Assembly (NCBI GenBank): GCA_949293555.1
Contig: CASFDV010000002.1
Span: forward strand, 106,210 to 170,209
Direction: 5' to 3'
From: an uncultured Bacillota bacterium
GTDB lineage: Bacteria; Bacillota_I; Bacilli_A; RFN20; CAG-826
DNA: 64,000 nt
A program made the translations under genes and the position numbers. Position 1 is the stretch's first letter. Each line of letters starts with the position of its first letter. This document shows, piece after piece, positions 17,808 through 29,226 of this stretch. Under the pieces are notes generated by a model. That model searched no databases and had not been told where the DNA came from. It saw only the letters and a program-made list of their open reading frames with translations.

Positions 17808-17865
17808 GCTTGCTCCTTTCTATCTATAAGGAAAGGGGGATGGGCGAGCCATCCCCCTGGTCCGA

Positions 17866-19665
17866 TCAGTCGAAGAGATCGGGGAAGGTGCTGACGAAGT
17901 AGTCGTACACCTCGGTGTCGTGGTAGACGAGCGCCATCTGGTCGACGTAGTACTCGTTGGCCGCGCTGGTCCAGGTGTCGCCCGAGGCAAGGCTGTAGGC
18001 GACCTTCCGCGCGACCTTCTCGGCATAGTAGGGGTCGTTCGCGTGCTTCGCCATGTCGTCGTAGTAGAGGGAGGAGGGGTCCGTCGAGACGGTGTTCTCC
18101 CCGTCGGTCAGCTTGGCGCTCTTGACGGCCTCGTCAACCTTGATGAGGTAGGTGGTGTCGGCCGTCTCGTCGTAGGTGACGTAGGGGTGGGCGCGCCCGG
18201 TCTCGGGATCCCTCTTGGTGAGGTAGTAGTTCCCTCCGCGGTAGTGGCCGTACTGGAAGTTGTCCGCGCGCGTGTCGTCCGCGTAGCCGGAGGCGGTCCA
18301 CTCGGTCGAGTCGACCTCGTTGGCGACCTGGACGCGGAAGAGGCGGTTCTTCAGCTCCTCGTTGTCGAGGGTGAGGGAGCTGCTGGTGAACCACCCGGAG
18401 GTGGTGTCGTCCTGCACGCGGAGCGTCCTCTCCTTGATGATGAGGCCGGTCTCGATCGTGTAGTCGCCGTTGCCGGTGAAGTCGTCGCGGACGGACTCGC
18501 TCTCCGTGTGGAAACGGTCGTCTGCAATCGTCTTGTACTGCTCCATGATGGTGCCGTAGCTCGACTCCAGCCAGTAGGCGTAGTCGATCTCGTTCACCGT
18601 GATGCTGCGGTAGTTCCATCCCGCGGCGGCGTAGATCTTGTTCGCGAGCTCGGTCGCCTCCTCGTTGAGGGCGTAGACGGTGCCCTTGTATAGGGTGTCG
18701 AGGAAGGTCATCCCGTAGACGTCCATGTCGAGGCCCGCCTCGATGACGTTCGCCGCGTAGGCGTCGACGAGGTTCTGGACCGCGGTCGGGTACTGCGGGT
18801 TGTCCTTGAGGGCGATCATGTCGATCTTCCTCGCGGCGGTCAGGCGGATCTGGCCGATGTTCTGGTCGATGAGGTACTGGGCGGTCAGCTCGGTGCGGTA
18901 GATGTCGGGGAGGACGGCGTCCTGGATGTAGCGCTCGTAGGTGCCGAAGATGTCCTTGAAGTAGCTGTTCTCGATGTCGCCCTCATGGAGGCGGTTGCCG
19001 CCGTCGAGGCGCATCGGGCCTTCTTCCTTGGCGCTCTCGCTGAGGCGGAAGGAGCCCTCGACCTGGCGGTAGCCCTCGTTATAGGGGAAGACGTCCCCCT
19101 CCGGCTGGGCGAGGTCGTAGTAGCTCGCGGTCTGCGCGTCGTAGAACTTCTTCTCGCTGAACTCGCTCCGCACCTGGTAGGCGCTGTCCTGGACATAGCC
19201 CCAGAAGACGTCGCGGATGCGGTAGAGGACTTCCTCGTAGAAGTTGATGACCTTGCTGATCGCCGGCTTCCCTTCCGCGTCGTGGTAGAGGGGATAGGCG
19301 GTGGCGAAGGCGGTGATGGCCTCGGTCTTGGAATTGTCGGCGAGGTACTCCTCGGCGACGGTCCTGAGACCCTTCTCGAGAAGCTTCCCCTCGTCGTCAT
19401 AGACGTCGAAGAAGTTCCCGTAGATGGTGGTGCTGTAGAGGTAGAGGACGTTCTGGAGGACGTTCTGGCTGTTGGTGTCGCCCGGGGTGACGAGGGCGTC
19501 GTAGATCTCGCCCATCGTGTTGTTCGCGACGGGGTTCTCGAGATTGAGGATGGGACGGTCCTCGAATTCCTTGGTAGGCCTGGCCTCGACGTCGTCGCAG
19601 CCGGCAAGGACGAGCCCGCTGGCGGCGAGGACGAGGAGCGCGGAGGCGAATCTCTTGCTGTTCAT
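17866..19665 (-). CDS. Large lipoprotein, possible degenerate PrsA paralogue
   Basis: Lipobox LAGC after MNSKRF, SD AGGAG; strongly biased codons; operonic with PrsA-like gene. Confidence 0.7.
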   Translation of the reverse strand: MNSKRFASALLVLAASGLVLAGCDDVEARPTKEFEDRPILNLENPVANNTMGEIYDALVTPGDTNSQNVLQNVLYLYSTTIYGNFFDVYDDEGKLLEKGLRTVAEEYLADNSKTEAITAFATAYPLYHDAEGKPAISKVINFYEEVLYRIRDVFWGYVQDSAYQVRSEFSEKKFYDAQTASYYDLAQPEGDVFPYNEGYRQVEGSFRLSESAKEEGPMRLDGGNRLHEGDIENSYFKDIFGTYERYIQDAVLPDIYRTELTAQYLIDQNIGQIRLTAARKIDMIALKDNPQYPTAVQNLVDAYAANVIEAGLDMDVYGMTFLDTLYKGTVYALNEEATELANKIYAAAGWNYRSITVNEIDYAYWLESSYGTIMEQYKTIADDRFHTESESVRDDFTGNGDYTIETGLIIKERTLRVQDDTTSGWFTSSSLTLDNEELKNRLFRVQVANEVDSTEWTASGYADDTRADNFQYGHYRGGNYYLTKRDPETGRAHPYVTYDETADTTYLIKVDEAVKSAKLTDGENTVSTDPSSLYYDDMAKHANDPYYAEKVARKVAYSLASGDTWTSAANEYYVDQMALVYHDTEVYDYFVSTFPDLFD

Positions 19666-19684
19666 TGTCGCTTCTCCTGGTTCC

Positions 19685-21856
19685 TTAGGCATTTGCGGGG
19701 TAGTAGCAGGCCCCGCCAACTTCCCAGATGCCTTCGATGGCCTGGGTCTGGTAGTCCACGGCGCAGATCTCGGAGATGAGGTAGCCGGTGCCGGTTTCCT
19801 CGCCCACGGCGCGGAACTGCTCCTGGGCGGCGATCTTCTCGGCGTAGGCCTTCCAGTTGTCGCTCCAGGTGGTGAAGGCGCTGTCGATGTTGGACTGCCT
19901 CGAGGTCTGGACGTAGGTCTTCATGTCTTCCTCGATGCTCTGGTCGGCGAACTCGATCGCCCCTTCCTCGACGAGCCTCTGGAAGTTGTAGGAGCTGAGG
20001 TTCGGGTTGTAGGAGGTGATCTCGTCGCTCACCTCGTTGGCCCTCTCGGTCCAGCTGGTGCTCGAGCTGATGTTGAAGTTGACGTAGGTCGTCTTGGGCT
20101 CGGTCTCGCCCTCGGCCTCGTAGGTCGGGTAGCGGGACATGTTCGGCGTCGCGGTGGTGTAGTACTCGCTGAGCGTCGCGGTGTCCCCGCCGGTGACCGG
20201 GGCCTCGTTCTCGACGATCTGGCCGGTGCTCCCGTCGACGGACTGGCCGTACTCGCTGAGGGCGGAGCGCTCGATGACGATGAAGTGGATGCCCTGGTAG
20301 CTGTCGCTCCCGGCGCGGACGGCGAGGACGATCTGGCCCTTCTCATCGGTCAGGACGTTGTTCGCGAACTGCGGGAGGACGTTGGTGGTGTCCACCTGGA
20401 AGCCCGGGAGGGCGGCGAACTGCTGGTTCACCTTGCCGACCTTGTCCTCGGAAGTGATGTGGCCGGTGGCCTCGTCGACGGTGATGAAGGAAGAAAGGTC
20501 GTTCTCGGCCTCAATGAGGTCGCTGATGGTGTTGGTCGCGATCTCGTTCGGGGTGATGACGCAGATGTTGTGGCGGTTGAAGTACTTGTTGTAGATGACG
20601 TTCCTCGGGTAGAAGGTGTCGACGTTGTTGTTGACCGGGTTGCCGTTGGCATCCTCCTGAACCTTGGCCTCCTCGAGGAGGGCGATCGCGGCGCCGAAGG
20701 GAATCTGGCCGATCCCGAGGTTCTCGAAGAAGGAGTAGACGGTCTCGTCGGTCCCGTCGAGCACCTGGTTCTCGTCGATCATCTCGTCGGTGATGGTCCC
20801 GTTCTCGGAAGCCTCGGCATCCTCGCGAAGGCCCGGGGCGACGCGGTAGCGGTTCTCTTTGCCGTAGGCGCTTTCCTTGTTCCTCTCGTTATAGAGCGAC
20901 TCGAAGGCGTAGGCGCCGAGCTTGAACTCGGGGACGTAGTCCGTCTCCATCACCTTGGTGACGATGCCGGAGTCGCCATAGGCGGCGGCGCTCCCGGTGT
21001 CGTCGGAGAAGACGTTGGCGATCTGGCTGAAGGACCAGCGGGAGCTCTCGTCGAGGGCGACGATGGACTGGGTGCCGTCCTCGGCGGTGCTGATGCCGGC
21101 GCCCGCCAGGGCCATCACGACGTTGGCAAGGTCCGTGGCCTCGCCGCCCTCGTCAAGGGAGGTGGACTCGGAAATCTTGTCCTGGGTGTACTCGTTGGCG
21201 ATCCCGCTGTTCAGCTTCACTAGGATGTGGCGGAAGTGATAGGGCATCTGCTCCTTGAGCCAGCCGTCGTTGCCCGCGCCCCATTCCTCGCTCTCGGGGA
21301 AGGAGACGTGGCTGACGCCATCGGAGGTGGTGTAGGTGCCGTCCCTCATGGCGTCGACGCCGTTGACGGCGCTATCGCCGGTCCCGAAGGTCTGCTCGAG
21401 GTCCTGCTGGAAGCGGGCCCGCTCCTCTTCGTAGAGGTGGTGCTCGTAGAGTTCGTCGACGTTATCCACGCCGGCGCTATCGAGGATGGCCTCGAATTCA
21501 GCCTCGTAGCTGGTGCCGTTGCTCTCGGCGTTCGTCTCGGCGGTCTGCTTGTCCTCGAGGACGGCGGAAGTCGCCCTCTCTTCGAGCTCGGCGAGGACCG
21601 ACGCCTGGGACTCGTCCGCGTAGTAGTTGCGGATAAGCACCTCGTAGACGTGGTCGAACTCCGTGCTCAGGCTCGTCCCGTCCTGGCGGTAGTCGTTGAG
21701 AAGATCCTCGGCGGTGTAGGCCACGCGGTTCCCGCGGGCGTCCGTGTAGGTGAAGATCGCTCCATCGGCGCTCCAGGTAGGGGAATCGCAGGCGGCGAGA
21801 CCGACGGCGCCGGCGAAGAGCCCGGCCATCAGGATCGCGCATTTTTTGGTGTTCAT
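19685..21856 (-). CDS. prsA: PrsA-like lipoprotein foldase (parvulin PPIase) with large insertions
   Basis: Lipobox LAAC; RHILVK, FSQIANVFSDDTGSAAAYGDSG, YVPEF, YQGIHFIV motifs; yhaM/hit neighbourhood as for Bacillus prsA. Confidence 0.75.
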   Translation of the reverse strand: MNTKKCAILMAGLFAGAVGLAACDSPTWSADGAIFTYTDARGNRVAYTAEDLLNDYRQDGTSLSTEFDHVYEVLIRNYYADESQASVLAELEERATSAVLEDKQTAETNAESNGTSYEAEFEAILDSAGVDNVDELYEHHLYEEERARFQQDLEQTFGTGDSAVNGVDAMRDGTYTTSDGVSHVSFPESEEWGAGNDGWLKEQMPYHFRHILVKLNSGIANEYTQDKISESTSLDEGGEATDLANVVMALAGAGISTAEDGTQSIVALDESSRWSFSQIANVFSDDTGSAAAYGDSGIVTKVMETDYVPEFKLGAYAFESLYNERNKESAYGKENRYRVAPGLREDAEASENGTITDEMIDENQVLDGTDETVYSFFENLGIGQIPFGAAIALLEEAKVQEDANGNPVNNNVDTFYPRNVIYNKYFNRHNICVITPNEIATNTISDLIEAENDLSSFITVDEATGHITSEDKVGKVNQQFAALPGFQVDTTNVLPQFANNVLTDEKGQIVLAVRAGSDSYQGIHFIVIERSALSEYGQSVDGSTGQIVENEAPVTGGDTATLSEYYTTATPNMSRYPTYEAEGETEPKTTYVNFNISSSTSWTERANEVSDEITSYNPNLSSYNFQRLVEEGAIEFADQSIEEDMKTYVQTSRQSNIDSAFTTWSDNWKAYAEKIAAQEQFRAVGEETGTGYLISEICAVDYQTQAIEGIWEVGGACYYPANA

Positions 21857-22016
21857 ATCGAAGTCAGAGATCCTCCTGCCAAATTCATGCGCGTGCATTC
21901 TATTCTTTGGGGGCTATGGAAGCAACGCGGAAAAATCGCGGGGCGGCGGGGCTTATCGCATCGTTTGAAGAGAGTGTTTGGGAATACTAGGATTAAGCGC
22001 CCGGAAGGAGGAAGAG

Positions 22017-22844
22017 ATGGGAAGGTTGGAAATCAAAGGACTTTCGGCCGGCGTCAGGGGGAAACGGATCCTCCGGGGCGTCGAGCTGACCGTCGAGGAA
22101 GGCGATTCCCTCGCCCTCCTTGGGCCGAACGGCCACGGGAAGAGCACCCTCCTCGGGTGCATCATGGGAAATCCTGCCTTCGAAGTTTACGAGGGTTCCG
22201 TGACCTACGATGGCAAGGACGTCCTTTCTCTCTCGGTCGACGAACGAAGCCGGCTTGGCATCTTCCTCGGGATGCAGAATCCTGTGGAAGTCCCCGGGGT
22301 TCCTTCCTCCGACTTCCTCAAGGCGGCGATGAACGCGAGGAGGGAGAAGAAGCTTTCGCTCTTCCAATTCATCCGGAAGGCGGAGGCCGCCTACAAGGAG
22401 GTCGGCATCCCCTTCGAGATGGCCCAGCGGAACCTGAACGAAGGATTCTCCGGCGGCGAACGGAAGAAGAACGAGATCCTCCAGATGCGGCTTCTCGAGC
22501 CAGGGCTCGCGATGCTCGACGAGATCGACTCCGGGCTTGACGTGGATGCGATCGAAAGGGTCGCCGAGACGATCCTGAAAGAGAAAGAGCGCGGAACCTC
22601 CTTCCTCGTGATCAGCCACTATGCGAGGCTCTTCCACCTCATTCAGCCGAGCCGCTCCGCGATCATGGTGAACGGCAGGATCGTTCTGGATGGCGGCCCG
22701 GAGCTGGTCGACCGGATCGACAAGGAAGGTTATGAATGGCTCCATAAGGAGCTTGGCATAAGCCTTGAGAAGGTCGTTGACGCCCCGATGAACGAAGTGT
22801 CCATCGGCGTCTGCGCGACGAAGGAAGCTTTGGATGGAAAGTAG
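22017..22844 (+). CDS. sufC: Fe-S cluster assembly ATPase
   Basis: GPNGHGKST, NEGFSGGERKKNEILQ, LDEIDSGLD. Confidence 0.96.
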   Translation: MGRLEIKGLSAGVRGKRILRGVELTVEEGDSLALLGPNGHGKSTLLGCIMGNPAFEVYEGSVTYDGKDVLSLSVDERSRLGIFLGMQNPVEVPGVPSSDFLKAAMNARREKKLSLFQFIRKAEAAYKEVGIPFEMAQRNLNEGFSGGERKKNEILQMRLLEPGLAMLDEIDSGLDVDAIERVAETILKEKERGTSFLVISHYARLFHLIQPSRSAIMVNGRIVLDGGPELVDRIDKEGYEWLHKELGISLEKVVDAPMNEVSIGVCATKEALDGK

Positions 22845-23535
22845 CCTCAGACACCTTTCCTGCGCACCCATCCTTTACCTCGACCATTCCGGGGATATTT
22901 CGATTTCTGTTCGAGAAAACGAGCAAAAACGACTTCTAATCGCGGATTTCGTAGCTTTCCGTCCTCGAAAAATCATGGTGAGCGTCGCTTCTGGCGCGTC
23001 CTTGGATGTTTGCGTCGCCGATTTTGCGCGGGGGACTGGGTCCTTTCTCGTTGAGGCTTCCTGCGAAGGCGATTCCTCCGAATTCGCCTTCCGTCTTTCG
23101 AGCCTGGCCCTCGGCGAGGACGCGAAGACTTTCGACGTACGGCTTGTTCATCGCCTCGTCCACCAAAAGGGGAAGGTCGACATGAACGGCATCGCCGGCG
23201 GTTCTTCCCGGCTCCATTTCCTGGGGGAGACCGTTGTCGAGCGCGGCGCGAGCGGCACCAAGACCAGGCAAGACGGGAGGATCATCGTGATCGATCCCAA
23301 GGCATCGTGCCGGTGCTCGCCCGCCCTTCGCATTTTCGACAATGATGTCGATGCCGGGCATGGGGCGGTCGAGGGACGGCTTTCTGACCAGGAGCTTTTC
23401 TACCTTCAGAGCAGGGGAATCCCTGAGCAAGAGGCACGGCGCTTGATTGCAATGGGGTATCTTTCTCCGATTGCGTCTTACTTTCCCGAAGGTGTCCGCG
23501 AGAAGATCCTCAGCGCTGTGGAGGAGGGCATATGA
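22834..23535 (+). CDS. sufD: SufD family protein (short)
   Basis: PALRI..NDV.AGHGA..G..ELFYLQSRGI; position in suf operon. Confidence 0.85.
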   Translation: MESSLRHLSCAPILYLDHSGDISISVRENEQKRLLIADFVAFRPRKIMVSVASGASLDVCVADFARGTGSFLVEASCEGDSSEFAFRLSSLALGEDAKTFDVRLVHRLVHQKGKVDMNGIAGGSSRLHFLGETVVERGASGTKTRQDGRIIVIDPKASCRCSPALRIFDNDVDAGHGAVEGRLSDQELFYLQSRGIPEQEARRLIAMGYLSPIASYFPEGVREKILSAVEEGI

Positions 23536-24758
23536 TCGATCGCGTCCGCTTTCTCAAGGACTTCCCGATGCTTTCGGGGAAGAGCATGCAGGGCCATCCT
23601 CTCGTGTGGCTTGATAATGCCTCCACGACTTTTAAGCCCCGTTCGGTGATGGAGGCTGTGGACCGCTATTACACGGAGTGCACCAGCAACAGCCACCGGG
23701 GTGACTATGACCTTTGCTATCAGATGGACAACCTCGTCCAGGAAAGCCGCGAGACGATCGCCCGCTTCATAAACGCCAACCCGTCGGAGGTCGTCTTCAC
23801 AAGCGGTGCCACCGCCTCCTTGAACCTCGTCGCCTTCGGATATGGCCTTACCCACGTGAAGGCGGGGGACGAGATCCTTCTTACCCAGGCCGAGCATGCA
23901 TCGAACGTCCTTCCGTGGTTCAAGGTAAGCGAGATGACCGGGGCGAAAGTCAACTACATCCCCCTGGACCAGGAAGGGCGCCTTACTCCGGAGAACCTGA
24001 AGAGAGCGATCACGCCCAGGACGAAGATCATCGCGGTAGCTCATGTTACGAACGTCCTCGGTTATGTAGCGCCGGTGAAAGAACTTGCGGAAATCGCGCA
24101 TGGCAATGGGGCTATCCTCGTGATCGACGGGGCGCAGTCCGTCCCCCATATGAGGACGGACGTGAAGGACCTGGACTGCGACTTCCTCGCCTTCTCCGGG
24201 CACAAGATGTGCGGTCCTACGGGGATCGGTGTGCTCTACGGGAAGTACGACCTGCTTCGCGAGACGGAGCCCTTCATGACCGGGGGCGGGATGAACGCGA
24301 AGTTCGATATGTGCGGGGATGTGAACTACCTCCAGCCTCCGCTTCGCTTCGAGGCCGGCACCCAGAACCTGGAGGGGATCCTCGGGATGAAGGCCGCCGT
24401 CGACTATATCGAGTCCGTGGGGATTGACGATATCCGTGATTATGAGCGGGATTTGAAGAAATATGCCGTCTCAGAGTTGGAGAAGACGGGGATGGCAGAC
24501 ATCTACAATCCTCGTAGCGAGGCCGGGATCGTCGCCTTTAATGTGAAGGGCGTGTTCGCCCAGGACGCCGCCACGTTCCTCAACTCCAGAGGAATTGCCT
24601 GCCGCTCCGGCAACCATTGCGCCAAGATCCTCATCGACTATCTCGGGCAGGTCGCCACCGTTAGGGCGAGCTTCTACTTCTACACCACCCGCGAGGACAT
24701 TGACTGCCTCGTGGATGCCGTCCGGCATGGAAAGGAGTTCTTGGATGCCTATTTCTGA
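23532..24758 (+). CDS. sufS: Cysteine desulfurase SufS
   Basis: LDNASTT, FSGHKMCGPTGIG, RSGNHCA. Confidence 0.95.
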   Translation: MIDRVRFLKDFPMLSGKSMQGHPLVWLDNASTTFKPRSVMEAVDRYYTECTSNSHRGDYDLCYQMDNLVQESRETIARFINANPSEVVFTSGATASLNLVAFGYGLTHVKAGDEILLTQAEHASNVLPWFKVSEMTGAKVNYIPLDQEGRLTPENLKRAITPRTKIIAVAHVTNVLGYVAPVKELAEIAHGNGAILVIDGAQSVPHMRTDVKDLDCDFLAFSGHKMCGPTGIGVLYGKYDLLRETEPFMTGGGMNAKFDMCGDVNYLQPPLRFEAGTQNLEGILGMKAAVDYIESVGIDDIRDYERDLKKYAVSELEKTGMADIYNPRSEAGIVAFNVKGVFAQDAATFLNSRGIACRSGNHCAKILIDYLGQVATVRASFYFYTTREDIDCLVDAVRHGKEFLDAYF

Positions 24759-25191
24759 TATCACCCCGGAGATGATGCGCGAGATCATTCTCGACCACTA
24801 CTCGAACCCTCTCCACAAGGGCCGCCCTTCCGACGAATCGCTTTACGAGAAGACCCATGCCGACTCGACCAACTGCATCGACGATTTCGATTTGTTCCTT
24901 CGTTTCGATGGGGATAAGGTCGTGGACGCTCTCTGGGATGGGGTCGCCTGCGCGATTTCGACTGCCTCGACGGATATCCTCTGCGACCGCTTGATCGGAA
25001 TGGGCAAGGGGGAGGCGCTTCATCTTATCGAGCAATTCATGCTTATGATCGAGGAGAAGCCTTTCGACGAGGAACTCATGGAAGAGGCCCTGGCGTTCCG
25101 GAACACTGGGAAGCAGGCTGCGCGGATCCATTGCGCGACGATGGGCTGGACCGCGGCGGGAGCGATCCTCGAGGGGAAAGATAAGGAGTAG
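24745..25191 (+). CDS. sufU: SufU (NifU N-terminal-like) sulfur transfer protein
   Basis: [26 protein letters not shown]. Confidence 0.92.
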   Translation: MPISDITPEMMREIILDHYSNPLHKGRPSDESLYEKTHADSTNCIDDFDLFLRFDGDKVVDALWDGVACAISTASTDILCDRLIGMGKGEALHLIEQFMLMIEEKPFDEELMEEALAFRNTGKQAARIHCATMGWTAAGAILEGKDKE

Positions 25192-25193
25192 CG

Positions 25194-26600
25194 ATGGCGG
25201 ACGAGAAGAAGCCTCCGCTTCCCGGAGGCGAGTACAAGTACGGCTTCCGCGACGACGCCCGCATCCTTTTCACCACCGGAAAGGGGCTCGACGAGGAGGT
25301 TGTCCGCAAGATTTCCGAGGTGAAAGGGGAGCCGGAATGGATGCTCCAGTACCGTCTCAATTCCCTGAAGGCGTTCGAAGAGTTGCCGATGCCTTCCTAT
25401 GGCCCTGATCTCTCCTTCCTCGATTTCCAGAGCTACACCTATTTCACGAGGGTCGCTCCCGGAGAGGGGGACCGGTGGGAAGACGTTCCCGAGACGGTGA
25501 AGGAGACGTTCGAGAAGCTGGGCATCCCGGAGGCGGAAAGGAAATTCTTCGCCGGGGTCACGACCCAGTATGAAAGCGAGGTCGTCTACCACAACATGCT
25601 GGAGGAGGTCCGCGAGAAAGGCGTCGTCTTCCTTTCCACCGACATGGGCCTCCAGGCCTGCCCTGAGCTCTTCAAGAAATACTTCGGGAAGGTGGTCGGG
25701 CCAAGGGACAACAAGTTCGCCGCGCTCAACGGCGCCGTTTGGTCCGGCGGCTCCTTCATCTATGTCCCCAAGGGCGTGCGGCTCGAAAAGCCTCTCCAAA
25801 GCTACTTCCGGATCAATAACGAGAAGACCGGCCAGTTCGAGAGGACCCTCATCATCGTCGACGAGGGGGCCGACGTGAACTACGTGGAAGGATGCACCGC
25901 GCCGATCTATAGCAAGGAATCGCTCCATGCCGCCGTCGTCGAGATCGTTGTTCTCCCTGGGGCAAGGTGCCGCTATACGACCGTGCAGAACTGGTCCACG
26001 AACATCGTGAACCTCGTCACCCAGAGGGCGCTCGTCCAGGAAGGCGGTCTCATGGAATGGGTGGACGGGAACATCGGGAGCTACCGGAACATGAAGTATC
26101 CCGGTTGCATTCTCGCCGGAGACGGAGCGCGCGGCTCCGTCATCTCGATCGCCGTCGGAGGGAAGAATCAGTTCCAGGACAACGGGGCGCGCATGATCCA
26201 TCTGGCGCCCAACACCTCGAGCACCATCATCTCGAAGAGCATCTGCCACGACGGAGGAACCGCAAACTACAGGGGGACCGTGCGTATTCACCCCGGCGCC
26301 GCCAACGCTCATTCCCACGTGGAGTGCGACACCCTCATGGTGGACGGGCTTTCCTCTTCCGACACCTTCCCGAAGAACGAGGTCTATAACGGCTCAAGCT
26401 ATATCGAGCACGAGGCGAGCGTCAGCAAGATCAATGAAGAGCAACTCTTTTATTTGATGAGCCGGGGCCTTAGCAAGGAAGAGGCGACCCAGATGATCGT
26501 CATGGGATTCATCGAGCCCTTCAGCAGGGAACTTCCCATGGAGTACGCCGTCGAGCTCAACCAGCTGATCAAGCTCGACATGTCCGGGTCCATCGGATGA
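25194..26600 (+). CDS. sufB: Fe-S cluster assembly protein SufB
   Basis: [36 protein letters not shown]. Confidence 0.97.
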   Translation: MADEKKPPLPGGEYKYGFRDDARILFTTGKGLDEEVVRKISEVKGEPEWMLQYRLNSLKAFEELPMPSYGPDLSFLDFQSYTYFTRVAPGEGDRWEDVPETVKETFEKLGIPEAERKFFAGVTTQYESEVVYHNMLEEVREKGVVFLSTDMGLQACPELFKKYFGKVVGPRDNKFAALNGAVWSGGSFIYVPKGVRLEKPLQSYFRINNEKTGQFERTLIIVDEGADVNYVEGCTAPIYSKESLHAAVVEIVVLPGARCRYTTVQNWSTNIVNLVTQRALVQEGGLMEWVDGNIGSYRNMKYPGCILAGDGARGSVISIAVGGKNQFQDNGARMIHLAPNTSSTIISKSICHDGGTANYRGTVRIHPGAANAHSHVECDTLMVDGLSSSDTFPKNEVYNGSSYIEHEASVSKINEEQLFYLMSRGLSKEEATQMIVMGFIEPFSRELPMEYAVELNQLIKLDMSGSIG

Positions 26601-28474
26601 ACGATCGCTGCGACGTGCTTGTTGTCGGCGGAGGCCATGCCGGGGTGGAGGCCGCCCGAGCCGCCTCCTTCCTGGGCCTTGACGTCATTCTTCTGAAGCT
26701 TCCAGGAAGCCTGCTTTCGAACATGCCTTGCAACCCTCACGTAGGGGGCAGCGCCAAGGGAATCCTGGTGAGGGAAATCGACGCTCTCGGGGGGCTCATG
26801 GGAAGGGCGGCGGACATCGCCCCGCTCCAGATCAAGATGCTGAACACCGGGAAGGGCCCTGGAGTCCAATGCCTAAGGGCTCAGGAAGATAAATACGATT
26901 ATCCCCGTCAAATCGAGTTCCTTCTTCGGAAAACAACAAACGTTCGCATCGAGGACGGGGAGGCTTCCTCCTTAATATACGAAGGGGGGAAAATCCAAGG
27001 CTGCCGCCTTCAGGGAGGCGGGGAAATCCGTTCCAAGGCGACCATCCTTACTAACGGTACCTATCTAGGCTCGGCAATCTTCCGGGGCAGCGAAAGGGAG
27101 GAAGAGGGGCCTGACGGAACTCCTGGTTCCTATGGCCTAGGCGGCTCCCTTCGGTCCCTTGGGCTCAGGCTCCGTAGGTTCAAGACAGGCACGCCTCCGC
27201 GAGTGAAGGCCTCGACGATTGATTTCTCCCAGGCGGAAATCCAGCCCGGCATGGAGGGGGAGCTTTCCTTTTCCTATGGTTCTTCCCAATACCGGCGACT
27301 CGAGGACCAGCTTCCTTGCCATCTTATCTATACGCGCCCCGAGACTCTTGCCATCGTGCGGGAGCACCTTTCCGAGAGCAGCCTCCATAACGGGCTTATG
27401 CACGGGATCGGGCCTCGCTACTGCCCGTCGATCGAGGCCAAGGTCGAGCGCTTCCCCGACAAAGAACGCCACCAGCTTTTCCTGGAGCCGGAGTTCCGGG
27501 ATGGCGAAAGCATCTACATCCAAGGCTTCTCCACCGGGCTTGGCCGGGACGTTCAGGAACTGCTCGTCCATTCCCTGCCCGGGCTAGAGAGCGCGGAGAT
27601 CCTGAAGTACGCATACCAGATCGAATACGACTGCCTGGATTCCTTGGAGTTCCTGCGCACCCTCGAGTGCAAGCGCATCCCGGGTCTATATGCCGCGGGG
27701 CAGCTCATCGGGACCTCAGGATATGAGGAAGCCGCCGGGCTTGGCCTTATCGCCGGGGCGAACGCCGCCCTCAAGATCCTGGGAAGGAAGCCTCTCCTTG
27801 TCTCGCGCGAGGACAGTTACCTTGGCGTGATGCTCGACGACATCCTCACGAAAGGGACGGAGGAGCCTTACCGGCTCCTTTCCTCGCGAGCGGAGCACCG
27901 CCTGTTGCTTCGCCACGATAACGCCGACCTCCGCTTGATGGAAAAAGGTCAGGAAGCCGGTCTTCTCTTTGAAAGGGACTATGAACTTTTCCTGGAAAGG
28001 AAGGGGAAGATGGAAAAGGCGATGAAGGCGCTCAGGGAAACAACCCTTTCTCCAGCGGATGATCTGAACGCCTATCTCCTTTCCGAGGGTTATTCGGACG
28101 TCGGGGACGGCCATCGGGCCTCGTCCCTCCTCGCCCGGCCTGGGATCGGGCTCGAAGAGATGCTCAGCTTCCTCCCGGACGTCCAGATCCTAGGAATGGA
28201 CAGGAACTCCCTTTCTACCGTCGAGACCGAAATCAAGTACCAAGGATACATGGAGAGGGAACGGAGGGATATCGAGAGGCAGAAAGCCCTCGAGGGCACC
28301 GCTCTTCCGCCGACTCTTCCCTATGGGGAGATGAAGGGGCTTTCCCTTGAGGCGCGCGAGCGCCTATCATCGGCGAAGCCGGAGACGCTTGGCCAGGCTT
28401 CCCGCATCTATGGGGTGAATCCCGCGGACATCACCGTGCTTCTTCTGGAACTTAAGAGAAGGGGGCTCCTATGA
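26597..28474 (+). CDS. mnmG: tRNA uridine 5-carboxymethylaminomethyl modification enzyme
   Basis: [38 protein letters not shown]. Confidence 0.96.
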   Translation: MNDRCDVLVVGGGHAGVEAARAASFLGLDVILLKLPGSLLSNMPCNPHVGGSAKGILVREIDALGGLMGRAADIAPLQIKMLNTGKGPGVQCLRAQEDKYDYPRQIEFLLRKTTNVRIEDGEASSLIYEGGKIQGCRLQGGGEIRSKATILTNGTYLGSAIFRGSEREEEGPDGTPGSYGLGGSLRSLGLRLRRFKTGTPPRVKASTIDFSQAEIQPGMEGELSFSYGSSQYRRLEDQLPCHLIYTRPETLAIVREHLSESSLHNGLMHGIGPRYCPSIEAKVERFPDKERHQLFLEPEFRDGESIYIQGFSTGLGRDVQELLVHSLPGLESAEILKYAYQIEYDCLDSLEFLRTLECKRIPGLYAAGQLIGTSGYEEAAGLGLIAGANAALKILGRKPLLVSREDSYLGVMLDDILTKGTEEPYRLLSSRAEHRLLLRHDNADLRLMEKGQEAGLLFERDYELFLERKGKMEKAMKALRETTLSPADDLNAYLLSEGYSDVGDGHRASSLLARPGIGLEEMLSFLPDVQILGMDRNSLSTVETEIKYQGYMERERRDIERQKALEGTALPPTLPYGEMKGLSLEARERLSSAKPETLGQASRIYGVNPADITVLLLELKRRGLL

Positions 28475-29166
28475 CGTTGGACGAGCTGCGCGCCTATTTC
28501 CAAGGCGACCTTGCCTTGGGAGAAAGGGAAATAGCGCTATTCGACCGCTACCTTGACCTGCTCGAGGAATGGAACGGGCGGATGAACCTTACCGCCGTAA
28601 GGGACAGGGGGGAGATGGTGGAAAAGCATCTTCTAGACTCCCTCCTTGCCATGAGGGCTCTCAAAGGAGCGAGACCAGGGTCTGCGATCGACATCGGCAC
28701 GGGCCCGGGCTTTCCTGGAATGGTGCTGGCGATCCTTATGAAAGACGTCCGGTGGACGCTTCTCGACGCGACAAGGAAGAAATGCGAGTTCCTTTCGGCA
28801 GTGAAAGACGCGCTCGCACTAGCCAACGTCGAGGTGATGAACGCCCGGGCCGAGACGCTTCCTAAGGAAAGGTGGGATCTTGCGACCGCGCGTGCCTTCT
28901 CCTCTCTCCCCATGCTCCTCGAGCTTGGGGCGCCCCTGCTCGCTGTTGGGGGCCAGCTGCTGGCGATGAAAGGTCCCAAGGGAGAGGAGGAGCTAATAAC
29001 CTCTGGTAGGGCGATGAAGGAGCTGGGGATGGAGCATGTCTCGAAATACCGGGAAAGCCTCCCGGGCGGAGACGGGGAGCGTTTGAACATCCTTTTCCGG
29101 AAAACGGCGAGAACGCCTCGCAAATATCCTCGTGAATTCCGTCTAATCAAAGCAAAACCTCTATGA
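28471..29166 (+). CDS. rsmG: 16S rRNA m7G527 methyltransferase
   Basis: WNGRMNLTA, KHLLDSL, DIGTGPGFPG, RAE; follows mnmG. Confidence 0.94.
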   Translation: MTLDELRAYFQGDLALGEREIALFDRYLDLLEEWNGRMNLTAVRDRGEMVEKHLLDSLLAMRALKGARPGSAIDIGTGPGFPGMVLAILMKDVRWTLLDATRKKCEFLSAVKDALALANVEVMNARAETLPKERWDLATARAFSSLPMLLELGAPLLAVGGQLLAMKGPKGEEELITSGRAMKELGMEHVSKYRESLPGGDGERLNILFRKTARTPRKYPREFRLIKAKPL

Positions 29167-29226
29167 ATTTTCCGGTTTTGAATCGCTGACCTATCCGGTT
29201 ATTCCGCTTGAGGATACAATTCAGCC

